A stretch of DNA of 64,000 bases, taken from IMG/VR virus record IMGVR_UViG_3300009702_000785, positions 3,584-67,583 of that record, one strand, 5' to 3'. The DNA comes from a virus. This document shows positions 1 through 8,317 of the stretch, piece after piece; within the stretch, counting starts at the first letter, position 1, and the number at the start of each line of letters is the position of its first letter. Below the pieces are notes generated by a model that was given only the letters and a program-made list of their open reading frames with translations, searched no databases and was not told where the DNA came from. The translations under genes and the position numbers were made by a program.

Positions 1-46
1 TATGGTTCTGAATGTTCATACAGGGTTAGAGGATAAGGTATAATGA

Positions 47-502
47 ATTATTAAAAGTGGTGATGCTCAATTTTTAGGTGATTCAACAATAGTTGGTGAA
101 TGTGCTGGATTCAGTGAAAACGGTACATTTTCCGATGCTGGTGAATCTGTTCCTTCTTCTGGTTCATTACAAGTGGATATCAGCTTGAGCAAAGAAGGGC
201 ATACTTGGGGGACGATTTGGCTTACTAATGATACCACTTCTGGCCCCAATGCAAAGACAGGAGTGAGAGTTTTCTTTACAAACGCAGCCAGCAGTGCCTA
301 CGGTTATGATATAACAACCTATAGCAAAAGCATGGGGCATTCCCGACTTTCCCGACTTCAATTTAATACAGGTACAGCGCGGGTTTATTTGGCAGATGCT
401 CGACTTAATACTGCGGGTGACACCATAGAACTTACTTTTACAAACACTGTATTTACTGCACAGACTTTAGCTGCGGTTGGGGTATGGGCAGTGGCACAAT
501 GA
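47..502 (+). CDS. Small beta-rich protein, paralog 1 of a tandem trio (possible virion accessory); start uncertain
   Basis: Frame is open from 47 (IIKSGDAQFLGDSTIVG...), upstream of the track ORF at 173. ATG at 43 is one base out of frame. Shares ISLSK and L-x-x-A-x-I/L-D/N motifs with the next two ORFs. Confidence 0.6.
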   Translation: MIKSGDAQFLGDSTIVGECAGFSENGTFSDAGESVPSSGSLQVDISLSKEGHTWGTIWLTNDTTSGPNAKTGVRVFFTNAASSAYGYDITTYSKSMGHSRLSRLQFNTGTARVYLADARLNTAGDTIELTFTNTVFTAQTLAAVGVWAVAQ

Positions 503-524
503 GACAATGAGACAATGAGACAAT
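496..524 (+). repeat. 8-nt tandem repeat ACAATGAG x3.6 at a gene junction
   Basis: Units at 496, 504, 512 and a partial unit at 520; each contains ATGA. Confidence 0.9.
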
Positions 525-973
525 ATGGAGCCACAAATTTTAACGATACTCTAACAGTTGATGGGTCTGTTACAGGAGTTATTGAGACAGGTGTTGAGAC
601 CATTAGTGTAAGTGTACCAGGACTCGGTTCTACGGATGTAGGCATATCTCTATCCAAAGATAACTTTGAGACCGGATGTGGTATTTTAATTGTAGGAACG
701 TCTGGGACAGCCGGTGGGAACGATGGAGTATATGTTCAATTTATAACGGATAGTGCTGAAGGCGATGGATTAGAGCTTGTGAATAATTATGGTAGGCTGT
801 ATAGTAAGCATGCTGGAGCATCACTTTTAAGTGGGGCAATATATTCAGGTGTAAGATTAAACCAGGCATATATAGACAATACTGTTCCTGAAATAGTTCT
901 ACAATTCTATAATATTAATGGAACATCAACAACTATGCAGGGAAAATTTCATTGGGTGGTATTTCAGTCATGA
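515..973 (+). CDS. Small beta-rich protein, paralog 2
   Basis: 152 aa; GISLSK...RLNQAYIDN...IVLQFYN...HWVVFQS, similar to neighbours. Confidence 0.75.
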   Translation: MRQYGATNFNDTLTVDGSVTGVIETGVETISVSVPGLGSTDVGISLSKDNFETGCGILIVGTSGTAGGNDGVYVQFITDSAEGDGLELVNNYGRLYSKHAGASLLSGAIYSGVRLNQAYIDNTVPEIVLQFYNINGTSTTMQGKFHWVVFQS

Positions 974-1440
974 CCCGAGATATTGGATTAACTACAATTG
1001 TTGGAGATTCCCAGTTCGATGAAGGCGTCAATGGATATAGTGAACAGGGCACTGCCACAGTATCTACTGGATCGGTATCTACTTTATCTACCATTGAGTC
1101 AACTATTTCGATATCCAAAGGAGGGTGGAACGCAGGAAGGCTAGTTATGGACGGTATAGCCACACCATCATTCGGAGGGTCGGGAATTGTGGTATTCATT
1201 ACAGAGACATCTTCTGAAGCAGAGAGCACACAAGCACAGTATGGCGGGGGTAATTATTCAAAGAATGCGGGATCATACTTTTTGTCTAATCCTATATTCT
1301 CTACATTAAACTCTGACGTAGTACTGCAAGATGCATATATAGATAACGCAAATTCTCAGATAAAACTAACATTCTTCAATACTAGTGTGTCAACTAGAAC
1401 ATTAAGATACTGGGCCACTTGGCAGGTGTGGCAAACATGA
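970..1440 (+). CDS. Small beta-rich protein, paralog 3
   Basis: ATGA overlap at 970-973; TISISK...LQDAYIDN...IKLTFFN...WATWQVWQT. Confidence 0.75.
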   Translation: MTRDIGLTTIVGDSQFDEGVNGYSEQGTATVSTGSVSTLSTIESTISISKGGWNAGRLVMDGIATPSFGGSGIVVFITETSSEAESTQAQYGGGNYSKNAGSYFLSNPIFSTLNSDVVLQDAYIDNANSQIKLTFFNTSVSTRTLRYWATWQVWQT

Positions 1441-2036
1441 AACTATTATTTATCAGTCCAGAAGGATCAAGAGATTACGAAATACTTGGCGGCAGAGGTA
1501 TATGGCTTAAAAATATATTGCCTTTAATCGGAAGAACCCATGATGTCAAATTGCTAACTTGGGGCAATTCCGAAGATATGGGCAATTACCAAATTGTAGG
1601 AGTTGATTCAGATAGATTGAAGCCTACTCCTTGTGAAGTTATAGGAGAATTCAAGGAAGATAACTTCAAATTCTTACAGAGATGTATTGACTTATTCCAT
1701 AATTGGAAGCCAGACATAATTCATTTACAGGATGCCGATGTTGCAGAAATGGCTCTCTTCATAGCAAAGAGCTTCAAAATTCCTTTGTTGTATACGATAC
1801 ACTTATCTTCGATAGCATGCTTTATGAGTGGTATTTCTACGTCAAGGTATCAACAGTATTTATGCCAATGGGAACAAGTCGCCACCAAAGAGGCAGACCA
1901 TATTCATGTATGCTCAGAGTACTATGCCAGCAAATTTTACAAAGGAGAAGGCAATCCACTTAACTACTGGTATTACACCAGTGTCCCAGTGTCAATTGTT
2001 CCCAATGGAGTCAATGCGGAGGATTTCAATGAATAG
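1437..2036 (+). CDS. GT4 (GT-B) glycosyltransferase, N-terminal domain
   Basis: MKLLFIS, KPDIIHLQD, LLYTIH, ADHIHVCS, IVPNGVN; ATGA overlap with the upstream gene. Confidence 0.85.
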   Translation: MKLLFISPEGSRDYEILGGRGIWLKNILPLIGRTHDVKLLTWGNSEDMGNYQIVGVDSDRLKPTPCEVIGEFKEDNFKFLQRCIDLFHNWKPDIIHLQDADVAEMALFIAKSFKIPLLYTIHLSSIACFMSGISTSRYQQYLCQWEQVATKEADHIHVCSEYYASKFYKGEGNPLNYWYYTSVPVSIVPNGVNAEDFNE

Positions 2037-2604
2037 GAACGACATCCACTTCAATGTCTGCTTTGTTGGTAGGTTTTGTAAAGGCAAGGGCATTGAAACT
2101 ATCTGTGAAATTATAGAAGAGATGGATGATTGCCGATTCCACTTCATCGGACAATTCAATGGTACAGATAAGCAACGAGATGCTTATCCCACCACCAATG
2201 TTTTATATGACTTGGCCAAACAGTATCCTGATCGAGTTATATTAACGGGACACATTCCACAAACAGAGTTGGCACAATATGTTAAGGATATGGATGTATG
2301 GCTATGCCCCTCCTGGCATTGTCCTTTTGAATTAGTTGGGTTGGAAGCAATGGCAAGTAAAGTTCCAGTCATTTTGACAAAAACAGGAGCTTTCTTAGAA
2401 TATGGACAACATGAAGTTAACTCCTTGATGGTTGATACAAAAGATTCGCAGGGTCTCAAGGATGCTATTTATCGCATTAGAGATGATCACGAGCTTGCCC
2501 ATCGTTTGATTGATGGCGGTCTGAAAACTATTCAAAACCACACTTGGGATATTGCAGTAGATGGGCTAAATAAAGTATATGAGGGTATGAATAATGGCAA
2601 TTGA
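2029..2604 (+). CDS. GT4 glycosyltransferase, C-terminal (nucleotide-sugar binding) domain
   Basis: VCFVGRF.KGKG, PSWHCPFELVGLEAMASKVPVI (EX7E-like region). ATG at 2029 with GGAGG at 2018-2022. Confidence 0.85.
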   Translation: MNRNDIHFNVCFVGRFCKGKGIETICEIIEEMDDCRFHFIGQFNGTDKQRDAYPTTNVLYDLAKQYPDRVILTGHIPQTELAQYVKDMDVWLCPSWHCPFELVGLEAMASKVPVILTKTGAFLEYGQHEVNSLMVDTKDSQGLKDAIYRIRDDHELAHRLIDGGLKTIQNHTWDIAVDGLNKVYEGMNNGN

Positions 2605-3142
2605 ATACACACTACATACATATGGTCCTTGGTACAGGGGCCACCCGCCTTTGATTTACAATCAAGGGCAAGACCGATTTGAGTTCGAGTCTGTCAGAGT
2701 AGAGGATGCAGGTAGGGAGGAGGATTTGTACTTTGGAGCAAAAGGCACTGTATACAGTCTTATTGTTGATGCAGTTGACACAGAGCTTGCTGCTGTACAA
2801 AAAACATACAGGGATGAGATTATAGATGTTCTTTGTCAGGCGTGGCTGACTAAAGTTAACATGGTGGTATTCTCTCAGGAAAATAATCAAGTAGTCTGTA
2901 GTTTGCACATAGACCTGCCTCCTGGCGCTGGACTGGAAGTTAGAGAAGATGGAACGATCAACTATTGGATTAATGGGGTGGAAAAACGAGAAGTGACTAA
3001 CCTTCTGAAGATTGTCTTGCAGAAATTGATTGCCAAAGCATATGCTGCTACTGCTGGAATTGGAGATGCAGATCGCAGAGTTATTGTCACTAAAAACATG
3101 GTTTTAGATTTGGTTAATCAGTTTGGAATTATCGTTACATAA
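2594..3142 (+). CDS. Hypothetical protein
   Basis: 182-aa ORF overlapping the upstream stop; GAGG SD-like sequence. Confidence 0.7.
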   Translation: MAIEYTLHTYGPWYRGHPPLIYNQGQDRFEFESVRVEDAGREEDLYFGAKGTVYSLIVDAVDTELAAVQKTYRDEIIDVLCQAWLTKVNMVVFSQENNQVVCSLHIDLPPGAGLEVREDGTINYWINGVEKREVTNLLKIVLQKLIAKAYAATAGIGDADRRVIVTKNMVLDLVNQFGIIVT

Positions 3143-3165
3143 ATTGTCAGACTTCAGGAGAAATT

Positions 3166-3444
3166 ATGAAAAAGATAAACTTTTTTATTGGTGCAGTGAT
3201 TTTTATTACTGCCGTACTTGCGGGTTGTGGAGTGTTTGAAAACATAGTCGAGAGCCCTCCGGTTGTTGACGTTTTAGGGCTAGATTACAGTGCTTGCGTT
3301 GGCGATGGTTTTGACGTTTGCCTTGAATTTCTGTTGGATAATGACGAGGCTCTATTGGGCCAGGATGCCGGTGAATGGCTGTCTGATCTGTTAGAAAGCG
3401 TGAATTCAAATGGAATTGCTACAATATCCGCTGAAGACCTATGA
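3166..3444 (+). CDS. Predicted lipoprotein
   Basis: MKK + hydrophobic core + lipobox LAGC; AGGAG SD. Confidence 0.75.
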   Translation: MKKINFFIGAVIFITAVLAGCGVFENIVESPPVVDVLGLDYSACVGDGFDVCLEFLLDNDEALLGQDAGEWLSDLLESVNSNGIATISAEDL

Positions 3445-3446
3445 AA

Positions 3447-3476
3447 CCGTTCATTAAAACCTACGGAAATCTGGGA
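3447..3476 (+). repeat. IS607 right-end subterminal inverted repeat
   Basis: CCGTTCATTAAAACCTACGGAAATCTGGGA matches the reverse complement of 10735-10764 at 24/30 positions, with a perfect 13-nt core. Confidence 0.88.
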
Positions 3477-3620
3477 GACAAATAAAAATCTCCCACTTCC
3501 TGTTTAATTGACATTTCTACGACGCCCACCTGACTACTGTCATGAACCTTAGCATCTCCCTGCCCGTTTATTCCGATGGAACTCACCGTATCATATCTCA
3601 TCAAATTGATTGCAGCATTC
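3447..3620 (-). ncRNA. Predicted TnpB omegaRNA (right-end RNA) scaffold; 5' boundary approximate
   Basis: Position overlaps the tnpB 3' end and runs to the right end (...GAACGG), as established for TnpB systems. Hairpin GGGAGA...TCTCCC is present. Confidence 0.6.
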
Positions 3621-4677
3621 AAGTCTCTATCCAGAGACTCACCACAATTATAGCATTCATAAACTCTTTTGTCCAGTCCTAATTCAGACTTAACATGTCC
3701 ACACTTAGAACATGTCTTGCTAGACGGATAAAATCTATCCGCATACTCAACAGAACCACCAGACCATAACTGCTTATACTCCAAAGTGGTTCTAAACTGT
3801 CTCATGCAAGCATCATGGACAGATTTAGCCAAACAATGATTCTTACCATTCCCTTAACATTCAAATCCTCCAGAACCACAACTGATGGTCGCTTGGTTTT
3901 TACGATATCAGTCGTTGCTTTCTGTATTGAGTCTGTGCGAATGTTAGAAATCTTCATCCACAGTTTAGCTATCTTCTGTTGTGTAAGTTTTCTTCTGCGA
4001 CTGCCTTTCTGTTGACGTTTCATCATGTGCCTTTGCAGTCGTTTGATTTTCTTCTCATATTTATGGAGTGCCTTCGGATTATCATAACTCATCCCATCAC
4101 TGCATGTAGCCAGTGATTTCACACCCAAGTCGATTCCCAAAACTTCTCCACTGGTTTGTTGCGGTTCTACTTCTTCGTTGACCAGAACTGACACAAACCA
4201 TCTACCTGCCCTTTCAGAAACAGTAGCAGATAGAATATGTTTATCAGTTGGTAAATAATCTGCTTCTTTCAGTCTAATCCAACCAAGTCTCGGTAGACGC
4301 ATTCTACGACTCTCAACTTTGATTGTGCCTGTCAGTCTGAAACTACCAATGCCTTTGCTCTTTGATTTGAACTGAGGAAAGCCAACTTTCTTGCTCTCTT
4401 TGCAACCACGAAAAAAGTTCTTGAATGCCTTTTCCAAGTCTCTCAATGATTCTTGCATGGCACATTTAGAAACTTCATACATCCAAGGAAATTCTTCCTT
4501 CTTTCGGGCGTTCAATTCTCTATGGAGTTGCATAGCATTGGGTTTAGATGTTTTCTCTTGTACTTGATTGAGTCCCCAGTTATAAGCGAAACGTGCAGAC
4601 CCAGCGTGCTTCAACAAAGCGGTTCGTTGCTTGTTGTTAGGTTTGAGTTCAGTTTTGTAGGCACGCTGTATTGTCAA
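3461..4677 (-). pseudogene. tnpB: IS607-associated TnpB, frameshifted near 3843
   Basis: RAYKTELKPN, GIDLG (RuvC-I), VVLEDL (RuvC-II), CSKC/CYNC zinc finger, DRDLNAAINL (RuvC-III). One A is missing in ATG GTA A(A)G AAT CAT. Likely TTG start at 4677 after GGAGA. Confidence 0.85.
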
Positions 4678-5636
4678 AGATTGTCTCCATATTCTTTCTC
4701 TAAACATCTATCTCCGAGACGTATAGATGGAATGTGCTTCTCGGTTAGTTCTGGATGAGACTGAGCAAAATCATAAATCCATTGAGCGGTTTCCTTATTT
4801 TGTGCAAACACGAATCGTTCTGCATAACATAATTGCATAGAGTTTTCACGAACAATATTGTCTGCTGTTAGTGTCATCTGAAAACCATTAGACATAGATA
4901 GACACCCATAGGTTGTTGGGCAGCCGAATGATAAAACGCAACTTGGTGAAATGGGATAATTTATAACGATGCCTAAAGATGCCACTCCAAGACTACCAGT
5001 AGTTGGGTCTTCCATATAGCCACCATCTTCCAATGGGATTCTTTTAGGCTCAGTGTCATTTTGCTTAACAACTGGATTGTCGGATGTTACCAACCTGTTG
5101 TCTGATGATAAACCAATTAGCCATGTTTTGTTGAGAATGTAAGGACATAGACTCTCTGATAATGATAAGAGGTTTTTAATTGAGTGATCTTTGAGTTGTT
5201 CTTGATATTCACATTCATCGCTATTTAACATAAACTCTTGTAGATGTGGCGAATTATGGTCTCCCTCATCTTTCAGGAATCTATGCATTATCGTGCCTAT
5301 TTGCGACCAACCTTTTCTATGAGACCAAGTTCTTACTAATTGCAAAGATATAGCAAAAGCCAAACATTCCTCTTCATCTCTTGTAAGGTTTGCATATGTT
5401 TTTTGTTCACATATTTTGTTAATAACAGGACAGATATGTGCTTCAAGGATAGAAATCTTTTTCTCTAAATAATCTCCATCTGAGGCGAGATAGAAATAGC
5501 TTTCTGCCGCAACTTTACTTATAGGAGCCTTATACACTTTGTTTGATACTTTGTCATAACACCAAACAGAACGTCTGTCATTACTCCAATTACGAAGATA
5601 AAATTGAGGCACCGTATGATTATTTTTAACTACCAT
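4674..5636 (-). CDS. DUF4238-like protein
   Basis: N-terminal NHTVPQFYLRNW and LVTSDNPVV motifs; YPISP motif. Confidence 0.75.
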   Translation of the reverse strand: MVVKNNHTVPQFYLRNWSNDRRSVWCYDKVSNKVYKAPISKVAAESYFYLASDGDYLEKKISILEAHICPVINKICEQKTYANLTRDEEECLAFAISLQLVRTWSHRKGWSQIGTIMHRFLKDEGDHNSPHLQEFMLNSDECEYQEQLKDHSIKNLLSLSESLCPYILNKTWLIGLSSDNRLVTSDNPVVKQNDTEPKRIPLEDGGYMEDPTTGSLGVASLGIVINYPISPSCVLSFGCPTTYGCLSMSNGFQMTLTADNIVRENSMQLCYAERFVFAQNKETAQWIYDFAQSHPELTEKHIPSIRLGDRCLEKEYGDNL

Positions 5637-6283
5637 TATTTTTCTGCCTTGAGTTGTTCTTCCATGAGTTTGCGTGCTTTTCTATTTTCGGCTGAACGCC
5701 TCCCATATATTCTATTCGAGAACGATGACATCAAAGACAGAATATCTTCTACCAATTCCTGCTCATAGGAAGTGCCGATTATCTCACTCATCCACTCAAT
5801 CTCTACATCGTGACTGGAAAAGTAGTCTTTCAGAAAGCCAACCATAAAGCGTGAGAGTCTGTCCTTGTGCTCCACGATAACCTTGTCAATCTTCTTCTGT
5901 TCAATCAGTTTGAAAAGACGACGGAGTTTAGGTCTATCGTCCTTCATTCCTGAACCGACTTCTTCAAAGGTCTGAATGACGTTGTATTTCTTATCTACGC
6001 AGTATTTGAGAATGCGACCTGTCTGACGTTCAAGGTCTCCCTTCTGTTTTTGTTCGTGAGAAGAGACCCGTGCATATACTGCAACACGAGTGCGACCATC
6101 TTTCTCTTTCGAGTCGGAAGTCTCACCCACGAATTTATCTATATCACAGACTCGATAACGACGGTGGTTTCCACCAGTCTTGATGGGAGTGAGGATGCCT
6201 GATTTATCCCATTCTCGGAGTGTATCAATGCAGACACCTAAACGGTCTGCTGCTTTTCCTATACTAATCAGTTGCTTGCTCAT
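5636..6283 (-). CDS. tnpA: IS607 TnpA (MerR-type HTH + serine recombinase)
   Basis: IGKAADRLGV...TLREWD...T.GNHRRY HTH; YARVSS catalytic Ser; EHKDRLSRF; ELVEDILSLM.SFS.RIYG.RS. Confidence 0.93.
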   Translation of the reverse strand: MSKQLISIGKAADRLGVCIDTLREWDKSGILTPIKTGGNHRRYRVCDIDKFVGETSDSKEKDGRTRVAVYARVSSHEQKQKGDLERQTGRILKYCVDKKYNVIQTFEEVGSGMKDDRPKLRRLFKLIEQKKIDKVIVEHKDRLSRFMVGFLKDYFSSHDVEIEWMSEIIGTSYEQELVEDILSLMSSFSNRIYGRRSAENRKARKLMEEQLKAEK

Positions 6284-6533
6284 TCCCTGTTAACTCCATA
6301 TCTTCAAACAGGGCGAGCCAGCGGTCGTATTGCTTTTGAAATTCCTCTGGAGTAGGAATTTCGTCATCAGCGAAATCGAACAACATGGGGAAGACTCTTC
6401 CGTCATCGAGTTCAAATTCGGTTTTAGTAACTCTGACAACCATTGGTCGCTCCTTCTTGACTCTGGACTTTCGTGATGTCCTTTGAGTCTTATTCTCCGT
6501 GCGACCCGTAGATTCCTTCTTCTTTCTGGACAT
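6264..6533 (-). CDS. Small hypothetical protein upstream of tnpA
   Basis: 89 aa, basic N-terminus and acidic C-terminus; GGAGA SD; overlaps the tnpA start. Confidence 0.6.
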   Translation of the reverse strand: MSRKKKESTGRTENKTQRTSRKSRVKKERPMVVRVTKTEFELDDGRVFPMLFDFADDEIPTPEEFQKQYDRWLALFEDMELTGNEQATD

Positions 6534-6551
6534 TTTTCAAGATTTCTCCAC

Positions 6552-7115
6552 TTATTCAAAAATATACATGTTCTTGCCGAAAACTTCCTCATCCACAGGC
6601 AATTTCACTTCATCCAGAGTGCCACGTTTAACCAAATCCATCCATTCCTGCACATTGCGGTTATTTACCTTGTTCTTGAAAGAGAAGTCATATTGCAAGG
6701 AACCTTTGGGGTATTTCTTGGAGTTCAAGAATACAATATTCTGAAAAACAGCCTTGATATGATCCTCAGTAATCGGCTCAAAGATGCTGATAATCTTCAG
6801 TAGTCTCATCCGACATTCTCGGATATTGTCTCGCATGATATCGACACCATATATGCATCTGAGAGCTTCCAAAGGTTTGTGATTTCGTTTAATCTTACGA
6901 ATCAGCACCCAGACCAAAAAGTTACCGTTACCACAGGCAGGGTCACAGAATGTTTTTCCTTTTTTCCACACTTCTCGTGGTAATTTGGCGAGCATCTTAT
7001 TTACGAGAGCGTTTGGAGTGAAGACTTCGGCTGTTTGTTTTAGCCTGTCTTCCCTTCTTTCACCGTGTATTTCATGCTCTAACTGTGCTGTTTCCATTAT
7101 ACGAACTCTTTCCAA
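6552..7115 (-). CDS. DNA methyltransferase SAM-binding subunit (motifs X-I-II, no NPPY)
   Basis: EVFTP (motif X), FCDPACGNGNFL (motif I), IYGVDI; no motif IV seen. Confidence 0.8.
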   Translation of the reverse strand: MERVRIMETAQLEHEIHGERREDRLKQTAEVFTPNALVNKMLAKLPREVWKKGKTFCDPACGNGNFLVWVLIRKIKRNHKPLEALRCIYGVDIMRDNIRECRMRLLKIISIFEPITEDHIKAVFQNIVFLNSKKYPKGSLQYDFSFKNKVNNRNVQEWMDLVKRGTLDEVKLPVDEEVFGKNMYIFE

Positions 7116-8317
7116 AAGTCGGCTCTGAAGTATTTGAACATTCTCCAGTCAATACGAAATCCACTCCACCGCACAGTCTCCAGAAATTCATAGAAAGCAT
7201 CGGATTCAAGTGCTTTCTTTAAGTTTTGGGCTTCATTTTTGCTTTTCACAACGAGCCCCATCGCCTGTTGGGTGATGCCAAAATCTCCATCCATATCAAC
7301 AATAACTTGCCAAGGTCTTCTGGCTTCGCCAAAAATTACCTTCGGAGTTCCAAAAAACCGCCCCTTACGGGATGAATGCCAATATCTAATTTCCTCTTTG
7401 CTTGTAGCATGGACACATGGATGTTTGAATCTTCCGCTTTTTTCTTCTTTCATCCAAGATTTCCGAGTCTCATATTCCTTATAACTGAATAAAACTTCGC
7501 ACTTGTCTTCTCCATCTTTAGCCAATAATCCACATAAAAACTCGAACTTACTATTGGGGAGAAAAGGAAGATTCTGCAAATCTATTTCCCTCTTTTTCCC
7601 TGTAATATCTTTAACAGTAGTTGGGCAAGTCGAAGTTCCCTTGTGTAAAATGTACCAATCATAAGGTGTGGAAGCCTTGAATGTTTTCATGCCATCCGAT
7701 TCATTGTGAAGCTCAAGGTATTGCACATTGTGAGACGTAATAATGGGCCAGAGTTCATTATCTGGCTTTCGCCAAATAGATGGGTGTACATGACAAAGAT
7801 GACCATCTGTGTTAGATATTTTCAATGACAAGTCAACAAACTTATCCCATAACGTATTTCTCGATCCACTACCACCATTCTTTTTGTTAGTTTTAACAGG
7901 TGGCTGATATGGGGGGTTCATTACGACAACATCAAATTTCTTCTTCGGTTCAGGCATTATTTCCACTCCTCTTTTCTTCGAGTAGGTCACTGTCAGCGTC
8001 TTGCAGCCCATTGCTTTGGCTGCGTCAAGTTTTTTTTCGGCATCGGCAGCAAAGGTGATTTTGGTGGGCTTGACTCGGAAAGTGTCTAACAAAACATCTA
8101 CAAATTCCAAGTTGAACAGCACAAGTATATTACTATTTTTGAGATTTCTGAACTCAGAAACCTTCCTCAAAATATCTTCACACAACCAGAACGGTGTATG
8201 CACAACCTGCAACTGCCCATCATCTTTATAAGTGGCAAGTTTCTCAATGTACGGTCGAAGCCCATTCTGCTGAAAAGACTTGGAATTATGAATTTTGTCA
8301 GCAAATGCAAGTGTCAT
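7097..8317 (-). CDS. Amino-methyltransferase catalytic/TRD subunit (Eco57I-like)
   Basis: FDVVVMNPPY motif IV; motif I degenerate (NILVLFN); C-terminal TRD-like region. Confidence 0.8.
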   Translation of the reverse strand: MTLAFADKIHNSKSFQQNGLRPYIEKLATYKDDGQLQVVHTPFWLCEDILRKVSEFRNLKNSNILVLFNLEFVDVLLDTFRVKPTKITFAADAEKKLDAAKAMGCKTLTVTYSKKRGVEIMPEPKKKFDVVVMNPPYQPPVKTNKKNGGSGSRNTLWDKFVDLSLKISNTDGHLCHVHPSIWRKPDNELWPIITSHNVQYLELHNESDGMKTFKASTPYDWYILHKGTSTCPTTVKDITGKKREIDLQNLPFLPNSKFEFLCGLLAKDGEDKCEVLFSYKEYETRKSWMKEEKSGRFKHPCVHATSKEEIRYWHSSRKGRFFGTPKVIFGEARRPWQVIVDMDGDFGITQQAMGLVVKSKNEAQNLKKALESDAFYEFLETVRWSGFRIDWRMFKYFRADFWKEFV

